Assembly: GCA_963702025.1 (NCBI GenBank)
Contig: OY969699.1
Location: 576,001 to 640,000 of the forward strand
Source: an uncultured bacterium
GTDB lineage: Bacteria; Babelota; Babeliae; Babelales; Vermiphilaceae
Length of the DNA stretch: 64,000 bases
Direction: 5' to 3'
Made by a program: the position numbers and the translations under genes. This document shows, piece by piece, positions 1-10,785 of this stretch. The notes beneath the pieces were generated by a model, which saw only the letters and a program-made list of their open reading frames with translations, was not told the origin of the DNA and made no database searches. Position 1 is the stretch's first letter, and the number at the start of each line of letters is the position of its first letter.

Positions 1-1850
1 TCCGATGGTGAAAAATCAGTATCACTTTCTATAAAATCCTTAATAGAGGCATCTTCACTATCGCCGACCGGTGTTTCCAGTGAAATTGGCTCTTTAGAGA
101 TTTTGATAATATTCTTGATCTTTTTCTCATCAATATTAAGCTCTTTGGCCAACTCGGCATAGCTTGGTTCTCGGCCATGTTCTTGAATAAAGGTACGCTT
201 AATTTTATTGATTTTATTTAAGGTTTCTACCATGTGGACCGGTACACGAATAGTACGTGATTGGTCGGCAATGGCACGCGTAATTGCTTGGCGGATCCAC
301 CACGTTGCGTAGGTTGAGAATTTAAATCCTCGTTCGAACTCAAACTTTTCAACCGCTTTCATAAGACCGATGTTGCCTTCTTGGATCAAATCAAGGAAAT
401 GCAATCCGCGGTTAACATATTTTTTGGCTATATTTACCACAAGGCGGAGGTTTGCTTTTGCAAGATCATCTTTGGCGCGTTTATCTTTAATCTGTGCTGT
501 CATTAAAAGATTAAACGTTTTGAACATCTGATTTTGTGGCATGCCAACTTCTGTTTCTATCTTTTTAATGCTTTTGATAGAGCTGCGCAAGTTACGTTCA
601 AGCTCTTCCATCACCGAGTTATCTTCTGCGCTCAACGTGGTCATACCTTGGTATGCCTTAAGCTGGTCCTGAGAAAATCTGATAATATCTTCTTTTTCTC
701 TAATTTTCTTAATATATTTTTCAATTTTTTTGGCAAGCTTTTTAATAAGCTTGTTTGATAATTTGATGGTGCGAATGGTCTCGCCGATTTTTTCTTTATT
801 TTGGCGAACCTTCTTTAACATCTCGTCTTTTTTAGCTTCAGAATCGAGCTTGCCACGATAACTGTGATAGATCTTTTCTTCGTTAGAAATCAGATCTTTA
901 ATGGCATTGATGGTGATTAAGAGAGCCTTTTTTTCCTCTTCGATATTGGGGGAGTTTTCTTCATCAAATTCAGAGAACTGTATGATATCTTTGAGGGGCA
1001 TGCTATTTTGTTGGAGCTTTTCGCCAATGGTTACAAACTCTTTATGAATTACCGGGAAGCGCGAAAGCGAATCAATAGATTCTTTTTTACTGGAAGCTAT
1101 TTTTTCAGCGATTACTGTTTCTGTTTTTTTATTCAGTAGTGGAATTTTACCAATATCGCGCAAATAACATTTTACCGGGTCGGTAATTTGAGAATTGCCA
1201 ATTTCGCGGACCGTGTCTTTTTCATCTTCTTCTTCTTCCGATTCATCTTCATCGTATTGATCGGTTTGAAGATCCAAAGAACTTTCTAATTTTGTTTTGG
1301 CATCAAGACGTGCGCCTTCTGCTTCATCTTCCAATACTAAAGATCCGGCCTCAACATCAAGCTCATCTTGCATGATAAGATCAATATGTTCTCTTTCGAG
1401 CGTTTTAAGGATATCGTTGATCTCTTGTTCGCTCAGATGATTCTTATCACCAAATTCTATTATTTCTTCGTAGGTTAAGAAATTGGTTCGTTTTCCTTTT
1501 TCAATTAACTCTTCGGTTAATTCTTTCTTTAAATCAGTAATTTGTGCGCTTGTTGCGGTTGTTTTTTCGGTGGGCGGTGCCGCTTTTGGGCGCGCCTTTA
1601 CGGCCTTTACGGGAGCCTGTTTTTTTTGTGGTGCTGCAACGGGAGTAGCCGGGGCTGCCGCTTTGTGATCAACCTCTTTTTTTGGTGCAACAAAGGAAGA
1701 TTTTTTTTCAGTTTTTTCAACTGTTTGTTTAGGCTTTGCAGCTTTAGCTATCGGCTTTGGCTTTTTTTCTATTGTTTCTTTTTTAACGGGTTTTGCAACC
1801 GGTTTTTTACCTTTTACGATCTCAGTGATTTTTTCTAGTAATTTTCTCAT
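1..1850 (-). CDS. rpoD: RNA polymerase primary sigma factor (3' end beyond window edge)
   Basis: Missing from the ORF track because it runs off the edge. Manual translation from ATG 1850 (RBS AGGGGG) gives region 1.2 [11 protein letters not shown], region 2 [67 protein letters not shown] and region 3 [11 protein letters not shown]. Lies directly downstream of dnaG. Confidence 0.97.
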   Translation of the reverse strand, partial: MRKLLEKITEIVKGKKPVAKPVKKETIEKKPKPIAKAAKPKQTVEKTEKKSSFVAPKKEVDHKAAAPATPVAAPQKKQAPVKAVKARPKAAPPTEKTTATSAQITDLKKELTEELIEKGKRTNFLTYEEIIEFGDKNHLSEQEINDILKTLEREHIDLIMQDELDVEAGSLVLEDEAEGARLDAKTKLESSLDLQTDQYDEDESEEEEDEKDTVREIGNSQITDPVKCYLRDIGKIPLLNKKTETVIAEKIASSKKESIDSLSRFPVIHKEFVTIGEKLQQNSMPLKDIIQFSEFDEENSPNIEEEKKALLITINAIKDLISNEEKIYHSYRGKLDSEAKKDEMLKKVRQNKEKIGETIRTIKLSNKLIKKLAKKIEKYIKKIREKEDIIRFSQDQLKAYQGMTTLSAEDNSVMEELERNLRSSIKSIKKIETEVGMPQNQMFKTFNLLMTAQIKDKRAKDDLAKANLRLVVNIAKKYVNRGLHFLDLIQEGNIGLMKAVEKFEFERGFKFSTYATWWIRQAITRAIADQSRTIRVPVHMVETLNKINKIKRTFIQEHGREPSYAELAKELNIDEKKIKNIIKISKEPISLETPVGDSEDASIKDFIESDTDFSPS

Positions 1851-1859
1851 AGTACCCCC

Positions 1860-3626
1860 TTACTCAGGTAATAGATTTCCAATAATCTTTTTTTTCAAAG
1901 CGGCAAAATCATGCATAATGGTAGTAATCTGCGCATGATCACCCATCTGTTTTGCAGCCTCTAATTTTATTTTTATAGTATTTACAATCACTTTCCAATG
2001 TTTCTTTTGTAATTGTATTACCAACTGCTCAAACTGTGCAGATGAAATTTCCTCTTGAGTGGTCAAGAGTGTTTTGCTAACATACGTTTTTTCATGCTCT
2101 TCAAGCGATTCAAAGAATTGAATGAACCCTAATTCGGGAGCTCGTTTTTTTTCTTCCTGTAGTCGTTTAAGTATATCGTTTATTGGATAGGGAAGATAGG
2201 TTATCAGGAATTCTTCATTTTCTTCAGTTATCAAATGTATGTTATTTATTATACTAAAAAATATTTTATTTTCTAGTGTAGTTATTGTCTTCCCGAGGCT
2301 TTTACCATCCCCCAGGACAGGTTCCGGAGCCAGTTTTAGTGGTTTTGATTTGGTCAAGAGGCGATTGAGCTCATTTTTTAGGGATTCAACGGGAATTTGC
2401 AGATGTTTGCTGCTTTCCTGCAGTAGAATATCGTGCTTAAGGGGTTCCTCAACTTTACTGATCATTTCAAGTATTTTATGGGTAAGCTGCATCTTATGGC
2501 CAAGCCCTTTCTGGGCAAACCCAGTCCCCAATGTTTCAATGAAAAAGCTAAATATGTCTTTTGATTCAATTATCAGGGGGTTAAGATCCAACCCTTTTGT
2601 TAAATACGAGGCGGGATCCTCTCCCGAGGGCAAGCAAACTACTTGTAGATCAAGGCTAGCTTGCCAGGCTAACTGACCAATGCGCAGTATGGCCTGTTGG
2701 CCAGCGTTATCCCCATCATAGAGTACATACAAGCGTGATGTATAGCGCGCAAGAATCTCTAGGTGATCGAGGGTGCAGGCAGTGCCCAGGGTGGCCACCG
2801 TGTTGGCAAACCCATACTGGGCCATGGCAATACAATCGGTATAGCCTTCAACTAAAAATACTGCCTCTTTTGTTTGAATTTCTTTTTTTGCTCTGTCTAG
2901 CCCAAAAAGAAGCTTTCCTTTTAAAAATGACTCGTTTTCGTGCGAATTGTAATACTTGGGCCGAGTGTCATGAGCGGCAAAAGTTCTACCCCCAAAGCCG
3001 CAGTATCTCCCCAAATGGTCGGCTATGGGAAAAATAATGCGTTCTTCAAAGGGAGAAAAGAGGATATTCTTGCCCCGTGAAAGAATATGGGTTTCTAAAA
3101 GGTCATCCACTAAAATATTTTGTTTGCCCAGATCGGTGGTCAATTTTTTGATATTACTCAACCCGCCCGGCAGATAACCGATCATAAACTGTTCAATGCT
3201 TTTTTTGGAAAGACCACGTTTAGTGAGATACGATAACGCGGCAGTCGAATTTAACACCTGTTTGTTGCACCATTGGGCAAATGTTTGGCAAATCAGGAAA
3301 TAATGTTGATCATTTTTATGTGATGCGCCAAAATCGCTGGCCAGAGTTGAAGGTAGCTCGATTTGATATCGATCAATGAGCTGTTTTGCTGCTTCCATTT
3401 GCGAGCAATTCTCTTTGCGTGCAATAAAGGCGATAACGTCCCCGCCAACATGGCAGCCAAAGCAATAAAAGATTTCTTTGTGCGGGCTTACAGTGAATGA
3501 TGCGGTTTTTTCTGCGTGAAAAGGACATTGCCCTTTCCAATAGAGGCCCGCTTTTTTTAGGGTTGCATATTCACTGACTACATCAAGAATGGCTATGCGT
3601 GTCTTTAAATAACTAAAAAGGTTCAT
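1860..3626 (-). CDS. dnaG: DNA primase
   Basis: CHC2 zinc finger CPFHAEKTASF..CFGC, PKYYNS, TOPRIM EGYTD and YDGDNAG. Likely start ATG 3626 overlaps the lgt stop (ATGA). Confidence 0.97.
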   Translation of the reverse strand: MNLFSYLKTRIAILDVVSEYATLKKAGLYWKGQCPFHAEKTASFTVSPHKEIFYCFGCHVGGDVIAFIARKENCSQMEAAKQLIDRYQIELPSTLASDFGASHKNDQHYFLICQTFAQWCNKQVLNSTAALSYLTKRGLSKKSIEQFMIGYLPGGLSNIKKLTTDLGKQNILVDDLLETHILSRGKNILFSPFEERIIFPIADHLGRYCGFGGRTFAAHDTRPKYYNSHENESFLKGKLLFGLDRAKKEIQTKEAVFLVEGYTDCIAMAQYGFANTVATLGTACTLDHLEILARYTSRLYVLYDGDNAGQQAILRIGQLAWQASLDLQVVCLPSGEDPASYLTKGLDLNPLIIESKDIFSFFIETLGTGFAQKGLGHKMQLTHKILEMISKVEEPLKHDILLQESSKHLQIPVESLKNELNRLLTKSKPLKLAPEPVLGDGKSLGKTITTLENKIFFSIINNIHLITEENEEFLITYLPYPINDILKRLQEEKKRAPELGFIQFFESLEEHEKTYVSKTLLTTQEEISSAQFEQLVIQLQKKHWKVIVNTIKIKLEAAKQMGDHAQITTIMHDFAALKKKIIGNLLPE

Positions 3627-4408
3627 GATGGTGCAAATTTTTTGGAGAGTTTCAGATATATAAAAGTAACGCCGGATAAAATCATAATAATAAGTGCCAA
3701 AAGTTGCGGCACGGAAATTGATGATAGTAACCAAAGATGTAAAAATTCACGATCCGCGCGCCAGAAATCAATGATAAATCGTTCGGCACTCGAGAGCACT
3801 AGGTATAAACAGGCAAGTTGCCCCGGCACTTTGCATTGATATTGTGCGTAAAAAAACATAAAAAGAAAGATTACAAAAAGAGCGAAAGCGCTATAGAGTT
3901 GCGTGGGATGAAGCGGTTGATGGGCCAGTTCCTCAATGGGGCATGATGGATTGATGACCCCAATCCATAACCCGGTTGGCAGACCAAAACAACAACCGGC
4001 AAAAAAACAACCGACGCGTGATACTGATTGCAACAACGGAATATAAATTGCAGCAACATCCAAAAACGGAACAATAGGAATTTTAAGCTTTTTTAAATAA
4101 AATGGTGCCACTAGTAAAAGAGCAATAACTGCTCCCATTAAAGAAAAGCCACCTTCCCAGATCTTAAAAATTGCACTAAAAGATTCAAGAGATTGCCAGT
4201 TACTTGCCAGAAAGAGTAATCTGCCGCCGATGATGCTTGCGATTATTGCCAGCGATAACAGGTTAAAATACTCGTCAACGCTCATCATCTTTTTGATGCG
4301 GCGATCTTTAAGCAGGAGTGTGCTAAAGAGTATTATCCCGATAACAATAAAAACGCCGAAGCTTTTTATGGAAAAAGGACCATATAAATGAATAATATCC
4401 GGTCGCAT
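3623..4408 (-). CDS. lgt: prolipoprotein diacylglyceryl transferase
   Basis: GGRL, IWEGGFS, RVGCFFAGCCFG, HPTQLY and RFIIDFWR motifs; multiple hydrophobic segments. Confidence 0.93.
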   Translation of the reverse strand: MRPDIIHLYGPFSIKSFGVFIVIGIILFSTLLLKDRRIKKMMSVDEYFNLLSLAIIASIIGGRLLFLASNWQSLESFSAIFKIWEGGFSLMGAVIALLLVAPFYLKKLKIPIVPFLDVAAIYIPLLQSVSRVGCFFAGCCFGLPTGLWIGVINPSCPIEELAHQPLHPTQLYSAFALFVIFLFMFFYAQYQCKVPGQLACLYLVLSSAERFIIDFWRADREFLHLWLLSSISVPQLLALIIMILSGVTFIYLKLSKKFAPS

Positions 4409-4532
4409 ATTAGTCTCTTATAAAACGGTTGGGTGCTGTATGTTTCACTATAGACCAATTTATAGATTTTAACGAATATTTATTTATTTTTTTGTTGCTT
4501 TAGCGGGAAATAATTACGCCAGAGTGTAGTTC

Positions 4533-5282
4533 TTAGTTGGTTTCTGTGTTGTTGGTAAGTTTTGGCAAATGAATATAAACATCCGACCAGGTTGGCATAC
4601 TTTTTCTATGGGATAGCAAGAAACGGATAAAACCCATACATTTATCAACTACGCCGCATTCTTTAAATAACGGGTGCAATGCTTCTTGTTTATATACCAG
4701 TTCTGCCACCGCATGTTGACCTTGATGGTCAAGATCGGAAGCATTATAATGGCAATCATAGACAAAGTGGAGCGAAGGAAATATATTCAACATGGATTTT
4801 ATCCATTCGGGCATGCGCAATAATGCTGCAACAGTTCTTAAGCTTAGCTTGCCGTCAAAGGTGAATTTATCATTGTGAACCGGTACTTGATTAATGTCAT
4901 TGAAAGGAATTTTTTCGCCATTGATGTGGATGGTTAAAAATTCCAGGATCTCTTTTCTTGTATTTTCGTCTTTTTCTAGTTCGTTAATAAGTTTTAGCCA
5001 GTCTTCGATATCATTTTGGAAGACAACTTGTGATAATTTAGGGCGTTCTTGTGTTGCTGGCTTTTGATGCAACAATTGCTTAATTTTGTTTTCCAGCTGA
5101 TTAGAATATGCGCCTTCTTGCGTGTGATTTTCTTGCGAGTTGATCAATGATGTTGGATGTGTTTTGCCATTTGAATTTTTGGTTTCAATTGTTTGATCGT
5201 TGGGGGTTGCTAGGGTGATGCAGGCGCAGAATAACAGACTAAGACTTAATATTCTATATATAAAACTATCAGTTACTTTCAT
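4533..5282 (-). CDS. hypothetical secreted protein
   Basis: 249-aa ORF with an N-terminal hydrophobic signal-like segment and a GGAG-like RBS; no recognised domain. Confidence 0.7.
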   Translation of the reverse strand: MKVTDSFIYRILSLSLLFCACITLATPNDQTIETKNSNGKTHPTSLINSQENHTQEGAYSNQLENKIKQLLHQKPATQERPKLSQVVFQNDIEDWLKLINELEKDENTRKEILEFLTIHINGEKIPFNDINQVPVHNDKFTFDGKLSLRTVAALLRMPEWIKSMLNIFPSLHFVYDCHYNASDLDHQGQHAVAELVYKQEALHPLFKECGVVDKCMGFIRFLLSHRKSMPTWSDVYIHLPKLTNNTETN

Positions 5283-5478
5283 AATGGGTCTCCAGTGTTA
5301 AATAGAGATTCATGTATGTGATTATTTCTGTTCATTAACCCTATTATAGCATAATACGGGGAAATAACCAAAAATAGGACCCGTAATGCACAAATATTAT
5401 TGATAAATGTGCCATTTGTAAATATTAAATTGTCATGACCCGTGCCATTCAAGAGTTTCGGGAAAGGAGGGGATTCTT

Positions 5479-7329
5479 CTATTTTCTATCTGAATCGCAG
5501 AGGGGGCAGGATTGATGGTGGTCCCTGGCCTTAAAAATAAGTAGAGAAAGGGCAGCTGGCGTAATCCCCGGAATAAGCGCAGCCTGGGCAATAGTGCCGG
5601 GTTTGTGTCGTTTGAGTTTCTCTTGCAACTCTTTGGAAAGCCCTGGCATTGCATCATAATTGAGGCAGGAGGGTAGAATCAGTTCTTTATAAGTTTGTGC
5701 TTTTTGAGCTTCTTTTGCTTCGCGAGCAAGATACGGCTCGTATCTAATTTCGGCATGGATTGTGAGAGCAGCGCGATCGGGGATATCTTTTTGAGTGACT
5801 TCTTTCACTTTGGCAACGTCACATTCCAGGTCGCCAAAAAGCTTAAGCAGTGTTGCATTGTTATTGCCCGCGCGCAATTCTTGCAACGTGGTATCTATTA
5901 ATTCTTTTTCAGACTTAAAGTCATCGTAGAGTGTTTGTTCAATGAGGCCTAAATTATACGCTCGATCAGTTAATCGTAAAAACGCGTTATCTTGCCGCAA
6001 GGAAAGTCTGCGTTCAGCGCGGGATGTAAACATGCGATATGGCTCGTCCACGCTGAGCGTTACTAGATCATCAACCATGACGCCGATATAGCCCTCGGTT
6101 CTTTCAATAATAAATGGTTCTTGGCCAGCTTGTTTAAGATGAGCATTAATCCCGGCAATGATACCTTGTCCTGCTGCTTCTTCATAACCGGTGGTGCCGT
6201 TTATTTGTCCGGCAAGAAAAAGCCCGGGAACAGTTTTAAGTTCCATGGTGTGTTTTAATTGATTGGGTAAAATAAAATCATATTCGATGGCGTATCCCGG
6301 ACGCGTAATGATTGCCTGTTCAAATCCTTTAATGGTTTGTACATATGCTTTTTGCACATCGTAGGGTAATGACGTTGAGATTCCATTCGGATAAATTTCT
6401 TCTGTTGATGCTCCTTCGGGCTCAACAAAAATATGGTGTGATGTTTTATCGGCAAATCGGCCGATTTTATCTTCAATGGAAGGGCAATAACGAGGACCAA
6501 TGCCTTGTATGTTGCCGCTATACATTGCTGAAAGATGTAGATTTTTTCTGATTATTTCATGTGTTTTTGCATTGGTGTGCGTGATGTAACAAGCATGGGA
6601 ACTATTTACTTTATGGGGATAAAACTCAAACAAATAGTTTAAGTTATCAGGTTGCTGATATTCAAGGGCAGAAAAATCGATTGATGATTTTAAAAGTCGT
6701 GGCGGTGTTCCGGTTTTAAGGCGCCCCATGCGAAGACCCAAACTATGTAACACTGCCGAAAGATTGGTAACCGCCTCTTCACCCTGACGGCCGGCCGAAT
6801 AATTTACCTGCCCGATGTGCACTTTACCATTCAAAAAAGTACCGGTGGTTAAAATAACGTTTGGGGCTAAAAATTCTGCACCGTCTCTAGTGATTACGCC
6901 ACGCACTTGGTTAGTTGCCGGATCACGCAGGATATCTTGCACCATGCCCATGCGCAGGGTGAGATTGGGCATAGTTTCTAAAACTTGTTTGCTGAGTTTG
7001 TTATAGGCATATTTATCGATTTGTAAACGCAAGCCATGAACTGCTGAACCCTTGCTGGTATTGAGCATGCGGGCTTGGATGTATGTTTTGGTGCATAATT
7101 TAGGCATTAAGCCGCCCAAAGCACTAATCTCATACACAATATGCCCTTTGCCCACACCGCCAATAGCGGGGTTGCAGGGCATGAGCCCAATAGTATCGAG
7201 ATTGAGGGTGATCATGAGAGTTTTTGAGCCCATCTTGGCAGCGGCATGAGCGGCTTCTATACCCGCGTGCCCGCCTCCAACAACAATAACATCAAAATCG
7301 TGCGAAAAACTGTTTGCCATAACAACCAT
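5479..7329 (-). CDS. mnmG: tRNA uridine-5-carboxymethylaminomethyl synthesis enzyme MnmG (GidA)
   Basis: GGGHAGIEAA, CNPAIGG, RLKTGTPPRL, GPRYCPSIEDK, AGQINGTTGYEEAA, EPYRMFTSRAE. Start may be 7320. Confidence 0.97.
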   Translation of the reverse strand: MVVMANSFSHDFDVIVVGGGHAGIEAAHAAAKMGSKTLMITLNLDTIGLMPCNPAIGGVGKGHIVYEISALGGLMPKLCTKTYIQARMLNTSKGSAVHGLRLQIDKYAYNKLSKQVLETMPNLTLRMGMVQDILRDPATNQVRGVITRDGAEFLAPNVILTTGTFLNGKVHIGQVNYSAGRQGEEAVTNLSAVLHSLGLRMGRLKTGTPPRLLKSSIDFSALEYQQPDNLNYLFEFYPHKVNSSHACYITHTNAKTHEIIRKNLHLSAMYSGNIQGIGPRYCPSIEDKIGRFADKTSHHIFVEPEGASTEEIYPNGISTSLPYDVQKAYVQTIKGFEQAIITRPGYAIEYDFILPNQLKHTMELKTVPGLFLAGQINGTTGYEEAAGQGIIAGINAHLKQAGQEPFIIERTEGYIGVMVDDLVTLSVDEPYRMFTSRAERRLSLRQDNAFLRLTDRAYNLGLIEQTLYDDFKSEKELIDTTLQELRAGNNNATLLKLFGDLECDVAKVKEVTQKDIPDRAALTIHAEIRYEPYLAREAKEAQKAQTYKELILPSCLNYDAMPGLSKELQEKLKRHKPGTIAQAALIPGITPAALSLLIFKARDHHQSCPLCDSDRK

Positions 7330-7349
7330 TTAAGGAGCTTTTAACAATT

Positions 7350-7386
7350 AAAAAAAGATTACCAGATGCACACAGCACCTGGTAAT
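7350..7386 (-). terminator. intrinsic terminator after the 7430..8059 gene
   Basis: 12-bp stem attaccagatgc/gcacctggtaat followed by a U-run on the minus strand. Confidence 0.65.
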
Positions 7387-7429
7387 TAAGTTTATGTGAG
7401 TTTATAGTATTCAGCAAGAGTTTAAGAGC

Positions 7430-8059
7430 TTAACTACGGCTCTGCCAGAATTGAGACCAATTTTCACGCTCCTTGAGCAAAGACTCAAGAATTTCTTCAT
7501 GGCCATTTGGCTCTGCAAGTACATATTCTTGTTCCAATCGTTGAAAATGCTGTTGCGCGGCTTGCCCTGTTTGCTTCATGCAATTGCCATGAAAAATATA
7601 GGTGCCATCAGAATTTTTATAGGCGCTTTGTGCCAACCATGGATTGCGTGGATAGGTTTTGTGGAACGATTGGCTTTCTTTTGTTTGATATTTTATTAAT
7701 GCGGCGCCATCTTTTGTTTTAACTGCCGTTATCTCTTTGCTGGTATTATTTTCCGGTGATGACGCAGGAGAAATTGTTTTTACCAGGTCCATTCTCACGA
7801 CATATGGCTGCTTATCGATTATTGCCAGTAGGTCATCCAATGTATAATTTGTTTGCGCGGATATATCCCAAAGATTTGTTGTAGGATTAAATGTTGATTT
7901 GATGGTCTCAATGTTATCTAATTTTTTCCACGCTTCAATATCATTAACCAATACACGAAATCTTTGTTTTTCCCAGGGGATATAAGCGGGGGGCGGGTAA
8001 TCGGCTATGAGTGGAGTTATCAAAAACAGTATGAGTGAATAGGTAAGAATATTTTTCAT
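7430..8059 (-). CDS. hypothetical secreted protein
   Basis: Signal peptide MKNILTYSLILFLITPLIA; GAGG RBS. Confidence 0.72.
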   Translation of the reverse strand: MKNILTYSLILFLITPLIADYPPPAYIPWEKQRFRVLVNDIEAWKKLDNIETIKSTFNPTTNLWDISAQTNYTLDDLLAIIDKQPYVVRMDLVKTISPASSPENNTSKEITAVKTKDGAALIKYQTKESQSFHKTYPRNPWLAQSAYKNSDGTYIFHGNCMKQTGQAAQQHFQRLEQEYVLAEPNGHEEILESLLKERENWSQFWQSRS

Positions 8060-8092
8060 ATTTTAACCTCAAATTTATTGATCGTAATAAGG

Positions 8093-8126
8093 TTGTCAGA
8101 TGCGAATATTGAATCGCATCTGACAA
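8093..8126. terminator. 13-bp perfect hairpin, probable terminator
   Basis: ttgtcagatgcga-N8-tcgcatctgacaa between two minus-strand genes. Confidence 0.55.
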
Positions 8127-8189
8127 TATATTTCAAAAAAGTGTTCAAGATGATGCTTCAAAGCTACTTTTGGTAACCTCGATTTCCCC

Positions 8190-8900
8190 TTAGAGCGTTT
8201 TGAGCTTATTGGTGATTGCCGTTAAAGCGGCAAGTTTATCAAAAGCGGGCGGGTTGCTTTTAATATCTTTAATGAGCTTTTTAAGCCCTTCAACTTCTTC
8301 TTTAACTCGCACACCTTGTGCCGGAGTGATAAAGTTAGAAAGGGTGATTATTTTATTCTCAAGATCGGTTAAAGCTTTCGGTGAGGTTAAGCTTGAGAAT
8401 TGTTTTAACTTGTCAATAAACTTTGGTGCCTTTTTGGCATCAGGTGATGTTCTATGCTTATCAAGCAATTCAACAAGCTTTTCCATCTCCTCATACATTT
8501 CCTTGGCGAGTTTATAGGTCCCTTCCAACAATTTATGAAATGGTGAGTTGGGTTGGTTGGCTTGGATAATTTCAAGCTTTCTGCGTAAAGGTTTTAGGAT
8601 TTTGATTTCTAGGATAATGAGCCGATCTTTGCAGCGCTTGAGATAGGCCATATAGGTTTCTTTGCTGTTTTTATCAACAAAGCTGTCGATCAGATTGATG
8701 ACAGATTTTACCGCATCTTCTTTGACGCGCATAACTATGAACTCGAAAAATCGATTATCGTCAAGTGACATCAAATTATCAAGGTCATCACTGTTTTGAT
8801 GGTGAGAATCGGGGACTGCTACTAACTGATTTTGGCTGCCCAAACATACCAAACCAGCTGCGAGCATTACTACTTTGAGTTTCAATGTATCTGTTTTCAT
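8190..8900 (-). CDS. hypothetical secreted helical protein
   Basis: Signal-like N-terminus, Lys/Leu/Glu-rich helical body, GAGG RBS. Confidence 0.72.
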   Translation of the reverse strand: MKTDTLKLKVVMLAAGLVCLGSQNQLVAVPDSHHQNSDDLDNLMSLDDNRFFEFIVMRVKEDAVKSVINLIDSFVDKNSKETYMAYLKRCKDRLIILEIKILKPLRRKLEIIQANQPNSPFHKLLEGTYKLAKEMYEEMEKLVELLDKHRTSPDAKKAPKFIDKLKQFSSLTSPKALTDLENKIITLSNFITPAQGVRVKEEVEGLKKLIKDIKSNPPAFDKLAALTAITNKLKTL

Positions 8901-9082
8901 GTCAAAACCTCTTTGTCTATAGGTTTAATGGTTTTTTAGACATATTTCATCTTGACAATATTAAGTCTAGACGAGCCTTTTTTTTAGTCAAATGGGTGGT
9001 CAATATATTGATTTACTCGAGATATTGGTTATTCTGGGGAAGTTCGGTTAAAAGACCTTAAACCCATGCTGACATTTTAGGA

Positions 9083-10153
9083 TTGCTTATGTTTTATTTT
9101 TTATCAACATACCTTAAAGATACTCTATTTTTTGCAAATGTATTCCATTATACCAGTTTTCGAGCGATTGCAGCATTTTTAACAGCTCTTTTGGTTGCCC
9201 TTATCTTTGGTGACAGGTTCATTCGGTATTCAGGAACCCTTTTTTTCTCTGGACCCAGAGAGTTCACCCCCGAGACTCATCAAACAAAAAACAAGGTGCC
9301 AACGATGGGCGGAATATTTATTATTGCCTCATTCCTGGTTGCCATAGCCTTCTGGGCAGATTGGGCCAATCCGTTAGTATGGGCTTTTGTGCTTTGCATG
9401 ACAGGGTTCGGGGCTATTGGGTTTTGGGATGATTGGAAAAAAATTACGCAAGGAAAAGGAGTTTCGGCATTTCAGAAGTTTATCGCTCAATGGTCAATGG
9501 CGGCGCTCGTTTGTCTGGTTTGGATCTATTATGGCCATGCACAGACTACCATATCATTTCCCTTTTTTAAGCACATGAACATTGATATTGGGTTATTTTT
9601 TATCCTCTGGGCCATGTTTGTCATAGTGAGCTGCAGCAATGCGGTTAATTTGACTGATGGACTTGATGGGCTTGCTATCAGCTGCTTAATGCCCAATATT
9701 CTTCTATATTCACTTCTTGCATATTTAGCAGGACATTTTATAATTGCGCTTTATCTGCATATTCCCTTTGCTCAAAGCAGTGAAGTTGCTGTTCTTGGGG
9801 CTGCTTTGATAGGTTCAGCTTTTGGTTTTTTTTGGTACAATGCCTACCCTGCCCAAGTATTTATGGGGGACGTTGGTTCGCTCTCGCTGGGTGCCTGCCT
9901 AGCATTGATGGCACTGATGGCAAAGCAAGAAGTGCTACTTGTTATTTCTGGCGGCATTTTTATTGCCGAAACAGTTTCAGTGATGCTGCAAATATTCACT
10001 TATAAACGTTGGAAGAAAAGAATATTTAAAATGGCTCCGTTGCATCACCATTTTGAGTTGATAGGATGGCCCGAATCAAAAATAACTACTCGTTTTAGCA
10101 TTATTTCTGTGGTGCTTTGTTTACTTGCTTTGGTCACCATCAAGCTCAGGTAA
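9083..10153 (+). CDS. mraY: phospho-N-acetylmuramoyl-pentapeptide transferase
   Basis: PTMGG, GFWDD, NAVNLTDGLDGLA, FMGDVGS, MAPLHHHFE. Start 9083 (TTG) or 9089 (ATG). Confidence 0.97.
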   Translation: MLMFYFLSTYLKDTLFFANVFHYTSFRAIAAFLTALLVALIFGDRFIRYSGTLFFSGPREFTPETHQTKNKVPTMGGIFIIASFLVAIAFWADWANPLVWAFVLCMTGFGAIGFWDDWKKITQGKGVSAFQKFIAQWSMAALVCLVWIYYGHAQTTISFPFFKHMNIDIGLFFILWAMFVIVSCSNAVNLTDGLDGLAISCLMPNILLYSLLAYLAGHFIIALYLHIPFAQSSEVAVLGAALIGSAFGFFWYNAYPAQVFMGDVGSLSLGACLALMALMAKQEVLLVISGGIFIAETVSVMLQIFTYKRWKKRIFKMAPLHHHFELIGWPESKITTRFSIISVVLCLLALVTIKLR

Positions 10154-10765
10154 TTTTGATGTATAAAATAGTATTTTATGAAGTTGCTTGGCACAGACAT
10201 AAAGATGCGCCGCTTGAGGCATCTGTGCTATGGCTAAGATGTCTTGATAGGTAAGATTATCATTATTCTGCGCATCAGCGGGTATCCCAAAATCCTTTAA
10301 GTATTCTATTAATTCTTTATTTTCCAGACTTGCTGCTTCATGAAGTAATGTGTTGTTGTACATATCGGTGAGACTAAAGTCGGCATCATATTGTTTTAAT
10401 AATTCCAGCATGGCCAGTGTATTATCATTATTTGCCTGGACGGCTTTATGCGCTGCGGTTTTTCCATACCAATTTTGCACATTGGCCGGAGCGCCTGCCT
10501 GTAGCAAGATTTCTGCGGCCTTAAGATTGCCACAAAATGCAGCTCGGTGAAGGGCATTATTCCCGCACTCATCACCATGATAAAGTGTAAAATTGGTTTG
10601 ACACAATCGCGCAATAACTTCTCCCTCCATATCATGCTGGGCCAAAAAATAGAGACGATTGCGGCGGTATTCTTGAGAACGTTTTTTTGATACAGCAAGT
10701 TGATTCATTGCCACTACATTGCTGCCATAGAGAACAAGTAACACGGTCCATTTTAATGATTTCAT
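10121..10765 (-). CDS. secreted ankyrin-repeat protein
   Basis: GNNALHRAA, GKTAAHKAV and NNTLLHEAA ankyrin repeats; signal peptide ends VVA-MNQ; 33-nt convergent overlap with mraY. Confidence 0.88.
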   Translation of the reverse strand: MKSLKWTVLLVLYGSNVVAMNQLAVSKKRSQEYRRNRLYFLAQHDMEGEVIARLCQTNFTLYHGDECGNNALHRAAFCGNLKAAEILLQAGAPANVQNWYGKTAAHKAVQANNDNTLAMLELLKQYDADFSLTDMYNNTLLHEAASLENKELIEYLKDFGIPADAQNNDNLTYQDILAIAQMPQAAHLYVCAKQLHKILFYTSKLPELDGDQSK

Positions 10766-10785
10766 TGGTCTCTTTGATAAAGAGG

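Noticed and set aside
534..1838. Plus-strand ORFs in the first 1.9 kb
   Set aside because: Antisense to rpoD, which is absent from the track only because it runs off the window edge.
5479..5520. CPLC in the MnmG C-terminal tail as a zinc motif
   Set aside because: A single CxxC in a short extension is insufficient support.
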